Origin: Octopus vulgaris
Taxonomy: Eukaryota
Direction: 5' to 3'
NCBI GenBank assembly: GCA_951406725.2
Contig: OX597843.1
Location: 15,500,001-15,564,000, forward strand
Length of the DNA stretch: 64,000 nt
A model generated the notes under the pieces. It ran no database searches. It was not told the DNA's origin and was given only the letters and a program-made list of their open reading frames with translations. This document shows positions 37,013 through 50,360 of this stretch, piece after piece (position 1 is the stretch's first letter; every line of letters begins with the position of its first letter). The position numbers and the translations under genes are program-made.

Positions 37013-40000
37013 CATTGTCATTTACTTTTAATCTGCATGTTTGATGCAATCACCTGCCGGGGCACACCCAGCGCCCTAGGGCAAGTGAAGGTTAAGAGTT
37101 GTTGAAATATAGCTGAAAGCTTGGGGAGGGGAAGTAGAGAAATATCTCCATGTAATACAAACACAAACATTTACATTGATAGGGTTTTTCTAAGGATGTG
37201 GGCAGTACTTGTTAGCACAATCTTTTGGATTTCCTTGAGACATGGTTTTCCAGGGATATTGTCTAGGTGTTTCTGACATCCCTTTTTTATCATACCTAGG
37301 GCACCTACAATAACAGGAACAGTTTTTGTTTTAAGATTCCACATCCTCTGTATTTCGATTTCCAGGTCCTTATATTTACTAAGTTTGTCAAATTCCTTGA
37401 CAGATACATTTTTATCAGTGGGGACGCTTACTTCTATTAGTCTGCAGGTATTTTCTTCCCTGTCTTTAACAATTATGTCTGGTCGATTAGCCTTGATCGT
37501 TCTGTCAGTGTTGACTGGAAAATCCCAGAGGATGGTGACATCTTTACCTTCAACAACTGGCTGAGGATGGTGTTCATACCAGTTAGCAGGAGTGTCGGAT
37601 TTGTAGTGTTTACATATCTTCCAATGTATATACTGTCCTACCCTATCGTGGCGATTTTTGTATTCGTTTGGTGTCAGCACAGGACATCCCGAAACGAGAT
37701 GGTCTATTGTTTCGTCAAATGTGTCACAGAATCTGCATTTAGGGTCAGTACCGTTTCGGAGAACGTTAGCCTGGTAATTTCTGGTAAACAAGCTTTGATC
37801 TTGTGCTGCCATTATGAAGCCTTCAGTCTCTGCTTTCAATCCAGAACTCTTCAGCCACTGATGGGTTGTTGCTTGGTCTACATCAGCATTTTGGCTTCGG
37901 AGAATGTATTGTCCATGCAGGGGCTTCTGGCTCCACCGCCTCTCAATTTGATTCTGCCCATTCTTTTTTGCAGTCTGCCTGATTCGCTTTGCTTGCTTGG
38001 TAGCAGTGGTTTCTGGCTCTTCACCTGATTCAAGGTTAATACCTAGTTCCCTTTCGAACTTATAAGCTTCCTTGACAATAGAATGCAGCTTTTTGCTGCT
38101 TTCGTGTTCACACACAAGTCGCAGCATCCAGTCGTTTGTACTAGATAGGTACCTGTTCATTCCTACAGTAGAGGTCTTATAGCACAGCTCCAATTGCATC
38201 ATTCCTCTCCCCCGCTGCTTCTAGGTAGGTACAAGCGGTCTACATCTGCCTTAGGGTGGTGCATGCTCTTGGATGTCAGTAACTTTCTTGTCTTCCTGTC
38301 CAAGCGTTGGAGTTCCGTAAGGTTCCAGTTAATGATGTTAAAACTGTACTGGACTACTGGAAGTGCCAGGGTGTTAATGGCCTCAATGCAATTTTTGGAG
38401 TTGAGTTCAGTCTTCAGTACAAGCCTTATTCTCCTATAGTACTCCTTTCTTATTTTTTCCTTCATAGTAGCATGATGTATACCATCTCCTTCGTTGATTC
38501 CTAGGTATTTGTAGCTTTCTTGTGGGTCAAGTTCCTTGATGGTAGTGTCAATATCTAATTTAACAGAAGCTGTTTGCCTGAGCTTGCCTCTTACAAAAGT
38601 TGCTTTAGCACACTTATCAAGGCCAAAATCCATTCCGATATCATTGCTAAACTCTTTAACAGTTGTTAGCAGCCCTTCTAGCTCTTGGTCATTCTTGGCA
38701 AACAGCTTTAGATCGTCCATATAAAAAAGGTGGTTTATTAACTTGCTAAAAACTTTGTACCCATATCTGGCACTATCCAATTCGTTTGAGAGTGGGATCA
38801 GTGCCATGCAAAAAAGTAATGGAGAGAGGGAGTCACCTTGAAAGATGCCTCGTTTGATGTTGATGCTGTTGGACTGGCTCATCCCATTACTATGGCTTAG
38901 AAAGAGACGTGTGTTCCACATGGTCATGCTATTCTCTAAGAATTTTGAGACGACAGGGGAGATCTTGTATATCTCAAGGGCCTTGAGTATCCATTTATGT
39001 GGGACACTGTCATACGCTTTCCTGTAGTCTATCCATGCCATACTCAGGTTTTTGTTTTTGCTCCGGCAATTCTCTACAATCATTCTGTTTATGAGCAATT
39101 GGTCTTTGCACCCATAAGAGTTTCTTTTACAACCTTTTTGAGCTTGTGGAAGGATAGAATTTTGTTCAAGGAAAGCGTACATTCTCTCCGTTATTATGGA
39201 TGTGAGGATTTTGTAGGTGGTGTTGAGACATGTTATTGGCCGGTAATTCTTTGGGTTTTTTGTGTCTTCGGTTTTAGGTAATAGGTAAGTGGTTCCTTCA
39301 GTCAGCCAAGCAGGTATTTGCTCTGGGTTCTGAATGACATCAGACAGAGATGCAGCGAGATGTTCGTGTACCTCTGTCAAACAATTCAGCCAGAAGTTAG
39401 GGATCCGATCCAGTCCTGGGGTTTTCCATTTATGAGCCTTCCTAAGGACACACCTTAGCTCCTCTATTCCTATTGCTTCCCATTTCTGTTCTTCAAGTTC
39501 ATCCAGTCTCTCTTTCTCACGTTCTATCCAGTCAGCCTCAGCATTAAACTCTTTTTCGTTGCTCCATACCTTCTTCCAGAACTCCTCCACTTCCTCAATC
39601 TTAGGTGGATCTTCTATGTGTATTTTATTTTTGCCAATTTCCCTATAAAATTTCTTTGCATCTGTCTTAAAAAATTTATTTTGTCGATAAAATTTGTTTC
39701 TTTTGTCATACCTTCTAAGCCGTTGAGCTTTCAACTGTATCCGTTGTTTCAACAGTTCCTTAGTTGCAGGGAGGTTTATGAGATCTTTGATTTTATATTT
39801 TTGCTTGATTTTTCTAGCTTTTCTCGGCTTAATATTCACTCCTCTAGCAAGCTCATCGAGAACTGAAACATCCGCCCGCAGAGATTCAATCTCTTTTTGT
39901 ATCGCTACTTTCCACTTAGGAGGTTCATTGACATGCCTGGCCTTTTTCTTTGTCATCTTAATACCTAGTTGGGTAGTTACTACTTTAGCAGTGGAATAAA

Positions 40001-40149
40001 TGAGATTATTTAAGGTTGTCAAATCATTCCCCTTATTTCTTAAGATCTGTCCTAGGGCAACGTTATATGTCATGATTGTGTTGTTATTTCTTGTGCCATT
40101 TGAAAACTTTGGTAGTGGTTCTCTATTAACCATGTCAGTGAGCTCAATC
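37011..40149 (-). mobile_element. R4/Dong-like non-LTR retrotransposon (RT + CCHC + restriction-like endonuclease), 5'-truncated, one frameshift
   Basis: RT motifs TPGLDRI, NYRPITCL, DYRKAYDSV, GIFQGDSLSPLLF, FYMDDLKL, YKYLG. Then CRFC...ETIDHLVSGC, RHDRV and RPDIIV...IEVSVP...K.SKY (RLE). ORFs 38199-40149 and 37171-38202 join if one G is added to the G5 run (RSSGGRGMMQLE). Flanked by (TAA)n on both sides. Confidence 0.95.
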
Positions 40150-40205
<56 letters not shown>

Positions 40206-40610
40206 TGAGAGAGCAGTGCATGCCATCAAAGTGACACTAGGGTAAAATATACGAAGCCCAGTATACCCATCATGACTACCCGTCTGATAAGGGTACACCA
40301 GGCACATGCATCACAACCATAAATGCGAAACATGATGATCTCATATCAAGATAAAAAGCACATGACCATGTATGTGGGGCCCAGTTAGAATTTTCTTCTG
40401 ATCGAGTAACAGATCCTGCTCAAAAGGTCCCTGAGTAAGGGTTGTTTAAGGATTTCAATTTCCCCCGACGTCGACTTTGCCTTTCATCCTTTCGGGGTCG
40501 ATTAAAGAAGTACCAGTTACGCACTGTGATCGATATAATCGGCTTAATCCGTTTGTCTGTCCTTGTTTGTCTTTTCTGTGTTTAGCCCCTTGTGGGTAGT
40601 AAAGAAACAG

Positions 40611-41700
40611 GATACAGTAGACATGGACAGTGGAGATTTAACGCTGAGACAACGAGTACACAGTTAGAAGAATAACAATGAAATCCGACAAAAGAATATA
40701 ACAATGAAAGTTCGTAATAGGTGCAGGTAATCTCCTGGAGTTGGCACAGGTACCCCCACCCCAATCCTGAACCACTCGACGCTTCGAGAGCATCTGGGAA
40801 GAACACTCTCCTTTCTTTCAAATTCACTAGCCCAAAGGCGAGTTATTAGAGTAGGTCCACTCACACGTACCCTTTTCGCTATTCATCCACCTTTTGGCAA
40901 ATGTACTGGAAGGCAGCACTTCACTCTGCACCCTCATCTTCCTTTCCAAAGAAAATTTGAAAAAGTTGACGAGTGATTGGCCGTAGAGAAAAGTCTCTGC
41001 CTTTAGTCCTTTTAACCTGGTCCACAACACAGCCTCTTTCGCTACTTGCTATTAGACATAAGTAAATTGCCTGACCTTCCGGACTGATTGAAAGTGGATG
41101 ATCGATCTTCACTACGGACTCGGCCGATAGATAGAACCACCGTACACGTGATAACAGCTGTTCAACATAACTCCACATGTCAGTAATGCAAGGACACTGG
41201 ACGAGTGCGTGCAGAATGATTTCATAGCTCTGCGCACATGTCGGGTAGGTCGGTCAGACAGAACATCCGTGCTTGTAGAGTTTATCTCGAACCGTCAGTG
41301 CCCCCCGACAGCACTGCATAACAAGGGACTTCTAGAAGTTATCCAACGTCCCCGTCTTGAAAGTCCTCCTCAACAGACTGGTTAGTTCAATTTTGTCAAC
41401 GCCTAGCGTCTCTCCAAGTGCTTCATCGCACTTTCCCTCCACTAACCCTCCATAGAACTTCAGAGTGGATTTTCTACTGATCGCATTGCCCACCTGGTAG
41501 AGGACAGTGAGTGCCTAGCAACATTCCAGATGCCAGTAACCATTCCTCGGTCTCTTCTTGACCCACGACTGCAGCTTACTCAAGGAGATGAGATGTGGAA
41601 AAGCCTGTTTGACAAACGATGACCACACCTGTTCACCATTTAGGCAGAATGTTTGGAGGTGCCGCAGCCCCAGTGCATGTCTTCCACAGCATGCCCAGTG
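40611..41700 (-). mobile_element. Tx1/L1-clade LINE 3' fragment, subfamily C (copies ~50360-51448 and ~57680-58768)
   Basis: Frameshifted homolog of the subfamily A C-terminus (WSYVEQLLSRV...SAESVV; LWTRLKGLKAETFLYGQSLVNFFKF...KRW). Confidence 0.85.
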
Positions 41701-42553
41701 TTCCGGAAATCGGAAAGCGAAAGCACAAAAACGAAAATTTGAAAAGGGAAAAGTAAAAACAGCATTTAATAGTTCTCCTTGTTAGACCTTGAATTATAAG
41801 GCTAATAAAATATCAAAAATCTAATCAAGAATAGACGGAATTTTTCAGTTCTTCAAAATATATTTATACTTGACAACGACTGAAAATTCCCGACCTAGAG
41901 TCCAATAGAGAATTAAGCATCTTAGATCTGAACAGGATATGCACTCTTTCAGCTAAACAATGTTTATATTTATTCGATCCATTCACATAAGTTATGGATT
42001 CTCAATTACTTCCCATCCAGTCACATGTGGTGTTTCGTTTTCTTCCAAACTTAGCCACTTTCGTAGCTTTACTTTTGGCCTATGTCGGAAGGGGATTATG
42101 TGATTGGCATAACGACTTTAAAATTCACCTTTAAATAAGCAAAAGAATAAAAGAATAAAAGATTATGTGTGTGTGTGTGTACATGCATACAAAAATACAC
42201 CCACATACGCACGGATATGTACATAAGCGCGCACACACACACACATATAGGCGTATGGATTATTGTTTCGGTAAGTTGTGTCCACGAGAAAGACACTTCC
42301 AGTGCTCTCATCTGAAAAGCACCAGCATTAACCAGGGGTTAACATTGCGACAGACTGGTATCCGGTGTGTTGTATCCTTGTGTGTTGAAATACGTTCGAT
42401 ACCGAGATATACTGGGGGCCTAATGAGCCTGTAGATCAGGCAGAGAATTTAGCTTAGAAAATGCTTTAATATAGACATTTAGGCATGCGCAGTCAAGTGT
42501 TTGTGTAACGTTTATGGAGGAAAAGTCGATATGAATATGACAAAAAAAGAAAC

Positions 42554-42640
42554 ACCGTATTTTCCGGTGTATAAGCCGCTATTTTTTACCTGGGAAATTT
42601 AGTGTGCCGCTTAGAGAAATGTGCGCCTAATGTGTGTAAC
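42554..42640 (+). mobile_element. pogo/Tigger-like DNA transposon terminus (copy at ~52300)
   Basis: CCGTATTTTCCGGTGTATAAGCCGC resembles pogo-type terminal sequences; no opposite TIR found. Confidence 0.45.
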
Positions 42641-43777
42641 TTTTTTCATAGTTCCAGGAGGAAAATAATTTGTGTATGGAGATCGAATGATTCCACTGAT
42701 TTTTTTGGAGGAAAGGTCGGTCGATGAAAGACTATTGCTACAGGACATTTGTGCCTGGAAGAAAACAAAGCACATTTGTTTTGTTTTAACTTCATGTTTT
42801 GAAAATTTTTTTTTTTATCCAATAAAGAATTTAATATTCGACGGAAGGTGTTTGTTGCTGATTATAGTAAGATAAAATAAAAAAAATCAACAATACATCT
42901 CAAAGTTGAAGAATAAAACATTTTGAAAATACATACACATCAACAACAACAAAGCTAGCAGCGGTCACGTGGTTCCATAAGTCTTTATAAAACACCGGTA
43001 GGCTTTATGTGTGGATAAAAACCAAAATTTTCCCCAAAATCCCAAGCTAAACTTCACAATACAATAATACAAACATTAATAAGCCACCTCAATTGTATAA
43101 TACTAATCTTAAGCCAACATTCTACAACCCTGTCTACGAGACGACAAATATTAGTTCCATTACAACCTCTCAATCCGATACTAATATAAATCCTAATTTA
43201 GATTCTCCCCACTAACAACAAACCAACCAACATCAACATTACTACTAGTAAACCCCAACCACTTGCAACTGTCGCGCTTCTGAAATATATGGTATGCAGA
43301 CACCTGTCTCCTCAAAAGCATAATCTATAAGTTCCACGTGATGACCCCATGCACCCACCAGGCAAGGGTGTATATTAATGGCACTGAGGATTTTCAATGT
43401 CGTTGTCGTGCTCATATGTATTCTTTCACTTATCCCGAATCTAAACTATTTCAATCTTTAGCAACACACATATACAACCTCAATTCAAAACAATGTCCAA
43501 CACGCTCTATCGTGGTCCATAGTATGTGAAGCTCCCCTCTACAACACAAATATAGGTAAATGTATGTTATGTATAAAAGGGTCATTAACTATTCTTCGCC
43601 TCCACAACTCCTCACTGTTAAATTCTCTGACGTTATTTTTTATCGTAAGCATAAATACTGCCCGACATTCATGCACTTCCCTAATTCCAAATAAATAAAG
43701 CTGTAATGTAAAACAAGTGTCAACCTGACAATCGACAAGTGAACACATTCCAAATAGCAAATATGTGTGTGTGTGTC

Positions 43778-43891
<114 letters not shown>

Positions 43892-45629
43892 CATATGCAA
43901 TACATATGAAATATCCAAAATTGCATTTACAAATACATAATATATACATACAAGCTCTTACATACATACATGCAAACACACACACATATACGCACAATAT
44001 ATATACATATAAACTCCTACATTAATACACAGTATTAAAAACATTAAGTAGTCAGCATATATATATAGATACCTACAGAAATATAAATATATATAACACG
44101 CATCCCAAATTTATTCCAAGTATTATGATCAATCGATTTTTCATCCTCCTCTCAGCCTCCTAAATCTCTCCAACACACATCACAAATTTCTTCAAATTTT
44201 TGCTTTCAACCGTCTCTACTCTCATTTGACCCTTCTCGGCTTCCAACAATAATTAACAAAAGTCAAATACTAAGAAAAATACCGATCCGATTTTTTGTAC
44301 TACTAACATTCTTAACCACTCCCTCGTACCTGAAAAGTGTCCTTAAAAAATACCCCACGTAATTTGAGATGGAATTGCTGTTTCATTATTGTACCAGCTA
44401 GAAGGGGATACTCCTTCAACATTCAGATGAATTACTTATTTATTCACATCGTTTAAAATTAAACATACGTTATCTTCTAGCTTTGAGATTTTGATTATGT
44501 GATTGCTTACTTTTAGAATAACTTTGCATGGTGGTTGTGAAAGGGCTAATGTGTTCAGTTTCAACAGAAAACAGGAAGAATATTTGGGCCCGACGTGGCC
44601 AGTGCCAATGCTAATGGGTTAACTGAAAATTACTGAAGTAAAAATAAAAGCATAAAAAAACATTTTAGGTAATTTGGGGACCCAAATTAATGAGGTCTTA
44701 AGGGTGGAGAACCTTTTTATCCCATCCTTAATGCTGTTGAGGAGACTGGACAATGGCCAATAGAAGGCCGATAGAATATAATGAAAATCGTAACTTACCA
44801 ATAAAGTGCTGTTAGTCTCTGTTCGTAAGAGGTAGTGAATGTTTATATATATATTTGCGCATATATATATATATATTGCGTCATTTGTTTATTTACCAAA
44901 CATTTTTTCATTGAAGTAGCAGAACACAACGCAGACAAGTATGCGTATATATATATATGAATGTGTGTGTGTGTATGTGTGAGTATGTGTGTGTTTGCGG
45001 GTGTGTATATATGTGTATCATAGCAGATTATTGTGCCCGGTGTAAGGTTGCATCCTGTTTATTCAAATTTGAAGCAATGATATGCAGCGTATTTTACATT
45101 CCACCGGTATCAGTATCTGAGTCTAAAGTTATAATTACTGCATACTGGTGGTACAGTTTTCAACCAGCAGGATTTAACCTGATGCTAATGCTTATGATAT
45201 ACATGCAACAGAAAGGCGTGTCGTTCACAGGTTTAAAATAACTAAATTGTATTGTATATAAAATATGCTAAAAAGTAAGTTACTTCATGTGTAACATTTA
45301 ATTCTTATTTTAATGTCTTTTACACAGGATAAAACCCGAAATAGTGAACTCGGAATTTTGGAACTAAGTGAAAGACAATGATTGTTTACCATAAAGATGT
45401 TCCCGTTTTGCCGGACCAATCGATGTGGTTTACCAGAGCCTGGATTGTAGTACAATGCTTGTAAGTTGCGTCCCATGATTTGATTTTCCTCTCCCTTTAT
45501 ATTATGTATATGTGTGTGTGAAAGTGTGTGTCTGCGTGCGTGTTTGTGTGTGTGAAAATAAGTAAATGTAAATGAATGTATATATGTGTGTATATATATA
45601 TATATGTATATCGATATATGGAGAGACGT

Positions 45630-45990
<361 letters not shown>

Positions 45991-47485
45991 TGTTTCTTTA
46001 TTAGCCACACAGGGCTGCACACAGACAGAACAAATTACAAGGTAGAGCTTTTCTTTTGGTGGTAAAAAAAGGGGGTTGGGTTTCGATCAAAAGGGATCGT
46101 AAAAGGAAAGAAAGAGGACAAAAACGGGAGGATTTTTTTTAAAAAGGGGGAGAAGGAAAGAAATAAAAGGAAAGGGGAGAGGAAAAAAGTTGATCAATAG
46201 GGATCGTAATCACAGAAATGTCAATATGAAGTGTAAAGAAAAGCCTACGGAAAATACCACGGTAACCTCGGTCAATGAAGTCACATGTTATATTTCTTTC
46301 TTTTATTTTTTTTTGCAAATAAGCAACTCTCTGTATTAATTTTTACGGTTCATAGAATCATAGTCAAGGTGGCTTCGTCATTCATACGTGCCATCCTTGC
46401 TACATTCACCCATCTTTTTTAAAACATTCGCTAGACAAAATTTGCCTCTCTACTCTCACTTTCCTCTTCATGTGATACTTGAAGAAGTTGATGAGAGATT
46501 GACCAGAGAAGAAAGTGTTTGTCTCCATTCCTTTCGGACGCGTCCACCAGATACATTCTTTCGCCATAGCCACAAGTATGATAAAAATAGCTCTTCCTTC
46601 CCGTTTGAAGGAAGGAGGCGTGACGATATTAACGATAGACTCGGCTGATAAACCGACACGTCCCACACGTGACAGCAGTCGTTCGACATAAGCCCACAGG
46701 TCGGAAATTGCTGGACACTGCACGATTGCGTGCAGAGCGGTTTCGTCGCTCAGCCCGCATCTCGGGCAGGTCGGCCCCGTGTTTCTCGAGCCATGCCTAT
46801 AGAGCTTATCCCGAACGGGTAGCGCTTCTCGGTAGCACCGCCAGGCCAGGGATCTCTGGAAGTTGTCTATAGGTCCCGGGCCGAAAGTCGTTTGAAACAG
46901 GCGGGTCAGGTATTCCTCGACGACGTCCAGGTTTGCCAAGAAATCGTCATCGTACCTCCCCTCCACTAATCCCCTATAGAATTCTTTGGTTGTGTTGAAG
47001 TCACTCAAGGTCGACCTGGGACGGCAGAGTTGCTTGAGAGCAACGCGACACTCGCGGTGCCATTCGCCCGTCCTCGGCCTCTTTTTGATCCACGACTGTT
47101 GTTCGGTCATGGAGACGAGTTGCGGGAATGCATGCCTCACAAACAGCGACCACACCTGTTCACCGTCATGAACATAGAGCCGGAGCTGTCGCAGTCTCAG
47201 CGCGTGTCTGCGCATCATCAACCACGGCATGCCCAGCCCTTCTTTTAACGGGTGTTGGCAGCAAATGGATCGCCTGACCATCGGGACGCATCCTTTCCAC
47301 AAGAAGCGGAAGAGGATGCGTTCTAGTTTGGTGATGGTAGGGTCGGGACAAGGTACGACGGTCAGGCGGTAGTAGATGGTGGACGCGATGTAGGCTTTCG
47401 CCACCTCCGCCCGACCTTTTAGGGACACTTTCCTCTCGGCCCATTGCTGGGCGAGAGTGACCACCCTACTCGTTATCTCGTTCCA
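45991..47485 (-). mobile_element. Tx1-A LINE, 5'-truncated with complete 3' end
   Basis: ORF2 C-terminus with a 1-nt deletion in a T run near 46415, then a 3' UTR ending ...ggctaataaagaaaca and (TATC)n. Confidence 0.9.
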
Positions 47486-47510
47486 GATAGATAGATAGAT
47501 ATGTAGATAT

Positions 47511-47591
<81 letters not shown>

Positions 47592-49404
47592 GATATAGAT
47601 AGAAGATCGATTGATTGATCGATAGATAGATCATTTTCTATTGTTGCATCCTTTAAAATTTCAGGAACACAAACCATAGAGCTTCAATTCCCGTTCGCTG
47701 TCTTCGATGAGATCCGACAATTCTAATTTATGGCGTAGAATTTAAACCATAGCTGTAGACAATTCCTTACGTTTGTCATCCATTGGGCTGCGCCTATGCT
47801 GGGGCACTGCCTTAAAGTGTTTTAGTGGCACAAATCGACCCCAGTATTTGTTGTTAAGCCTGCTGCGTATTCTCGCGATCCCTTCCGCTGATTTGCCTAC
47901 AGTTACGCAACTTTATACTTTTGATTTTTTTTATTATTACTTACCAGAAAAAAGAAAAACATTAAGGCAATTATGGTCAGCGGGAGGCAATTCTGAATCA
48001 GACGTAAATGCTTTGAAAATGACGTGGTAAAAATGTGAAAAGTTTCAAGTGGTTGTAAGGAATTTAACAAGATACCGATCGGCCAAATTACTGGGACGTA
48101 AAAAACCGGAACCTCTTCCCAAGCGGTCATAGTGGATAAACTGAAACACATACACATATACATACACGCGCTCACATATACATAGATGTATACATATATG
48201 TAAAATATATATATATATATATACATAAGTGTGTGTGTGTGTGTGTATATATATAACAAAGTAAGTTTGGGGCTACTAATAAATATATATAATTGAAATA
48301 TAGGATAGAATTTTTACGAGGATTTATCAAGTAGTTATCGTGAAAAACCTCAGAAAGGATAACTTATTAATTATTCCCTATGAATATATTTATATATATT
48401 AAGGGCATTACTTATACATAAATGCCTCACGCTAGGAGTGTCTCTTGAAGTCAAAACTACTATAATGCCAGCATTGTACAAAACGCGAGAGAATGCAACT
48501 CTCAAAGCGAGCCTCCAGAAACAGACGTAGCTGAACATCATATGATTCCGTAATTAGTGCACAAAATGCACTTTTCACTCATCAGCGCAGCCTTTGTCAA
48601 GACATAAAAATTAACAAAAATCAACGTACCAGACGAACACTTGTATCCTGGCGTTTGATACAATGTGGTTATTATATTCAGGCAGTCATAGATGACGGAA
48701 GCGATGTACGCATTCGCCACCTCGACTCGACCCTTCACGAACAGCTTCCTCTCTGCCAATTTCTGGGTGAGATCGACTATCCTGTTCGTCACCTCCCACC
48801 CGTTGTTGTCCCACCTCGGGGTCTACAGCAGACCAGACCCCAAACAGTTTAACCTGTCTTTCACTTTAGCGCCCTACAAACTGTCGTTTGGTATGGGTCT
48901 TCCTCTCCATCTGCCGATTTGCAGGCCCACCGACTTCTCCTGGATAAGCTTTGCTCCTATCAACACTTCGTGGACAGTATTATGATGACGTAGTCCGTGT
49001 TAGCTGATACGAACATTCCACATCCTAAGATATAATATATATATATATATATATATGGTATCTGTATTTCTAATTATATAATTTCGATTTGAAAATTTCA
49101 GTCAGCAGTTTATGATGATTGGCGGTGGAAGTGGAAGAGTTAAAATGAGAGAGGGGTAGAGGGAGTGATAGAAGAGAGAGAGAGGGGAAAGAAGAGGAGG
49201 AGAGTTGATGTGTACGATTGTTCGTGTCTGTGTGTGTGTGTGTCTCTGTGTGTGATGTAATATATACATAACCCTGCCTAAGCTTTTCTTTAATATGAAA
49301 CTGGAGGGAATATCGCATTAACGATTGCATTAAATGATATAATTTTACTGTGAAGAAGTGAGTGAAATGTTTAGCCGGAAGAAATTTCCAATAACAATAA
49401 TAAT

Positions 49405-50115
<711 letters not shown>

Positions 50116-50118
50116 TGC

Positions 50119-50360
50119 CGGCATAGCGGTGAGATCTGGCAGAATCTTTAGTACGTCGGGCGAAATGCTAAGCGGTATTTCTTCTGCCGTTATCTTCGGA
50201 GTTCAATTTTCCCCGAGGTCGACTTTGCCTTTCATCCTTTCGGGGTCGATTAAAGAAGTACCAGTTACGCACTGTGATCGATATAATCGGCTTAATCCGT
50301 TTGTCTGTCCTTGTTTGTCTTTTCTGTGTTTAGCCCCTTGTGGGTAGTAAAGAAACAGGA
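50119..50360 (+). mobile_element. tRNA-derived SINE (copies 57438-57680 and partial 40454-40612)
   Basis: A-box-like tggcagaatctttag, B-box-like gagttcaatt, core gaggtcgactttgcctttcatcctttcggggtcgat, 3' tail gccccttgtgggtagtaaagaaa. Confidence 0.85.

Noticed and set aside
40150-40307. N-terminus (MCLVYPY...poly-N) of the 702-aa RT ORF
   Set aside because: Read-through from repeat E and the (AAT)n tract; the same sequence occurs without the LINE at 49533-49636.
50135-50215. tRNA gene
   Set aside because: A/B-box-like motifs belong to the SINE head; no cloverleaf, and the SINE body and tail follow directly.
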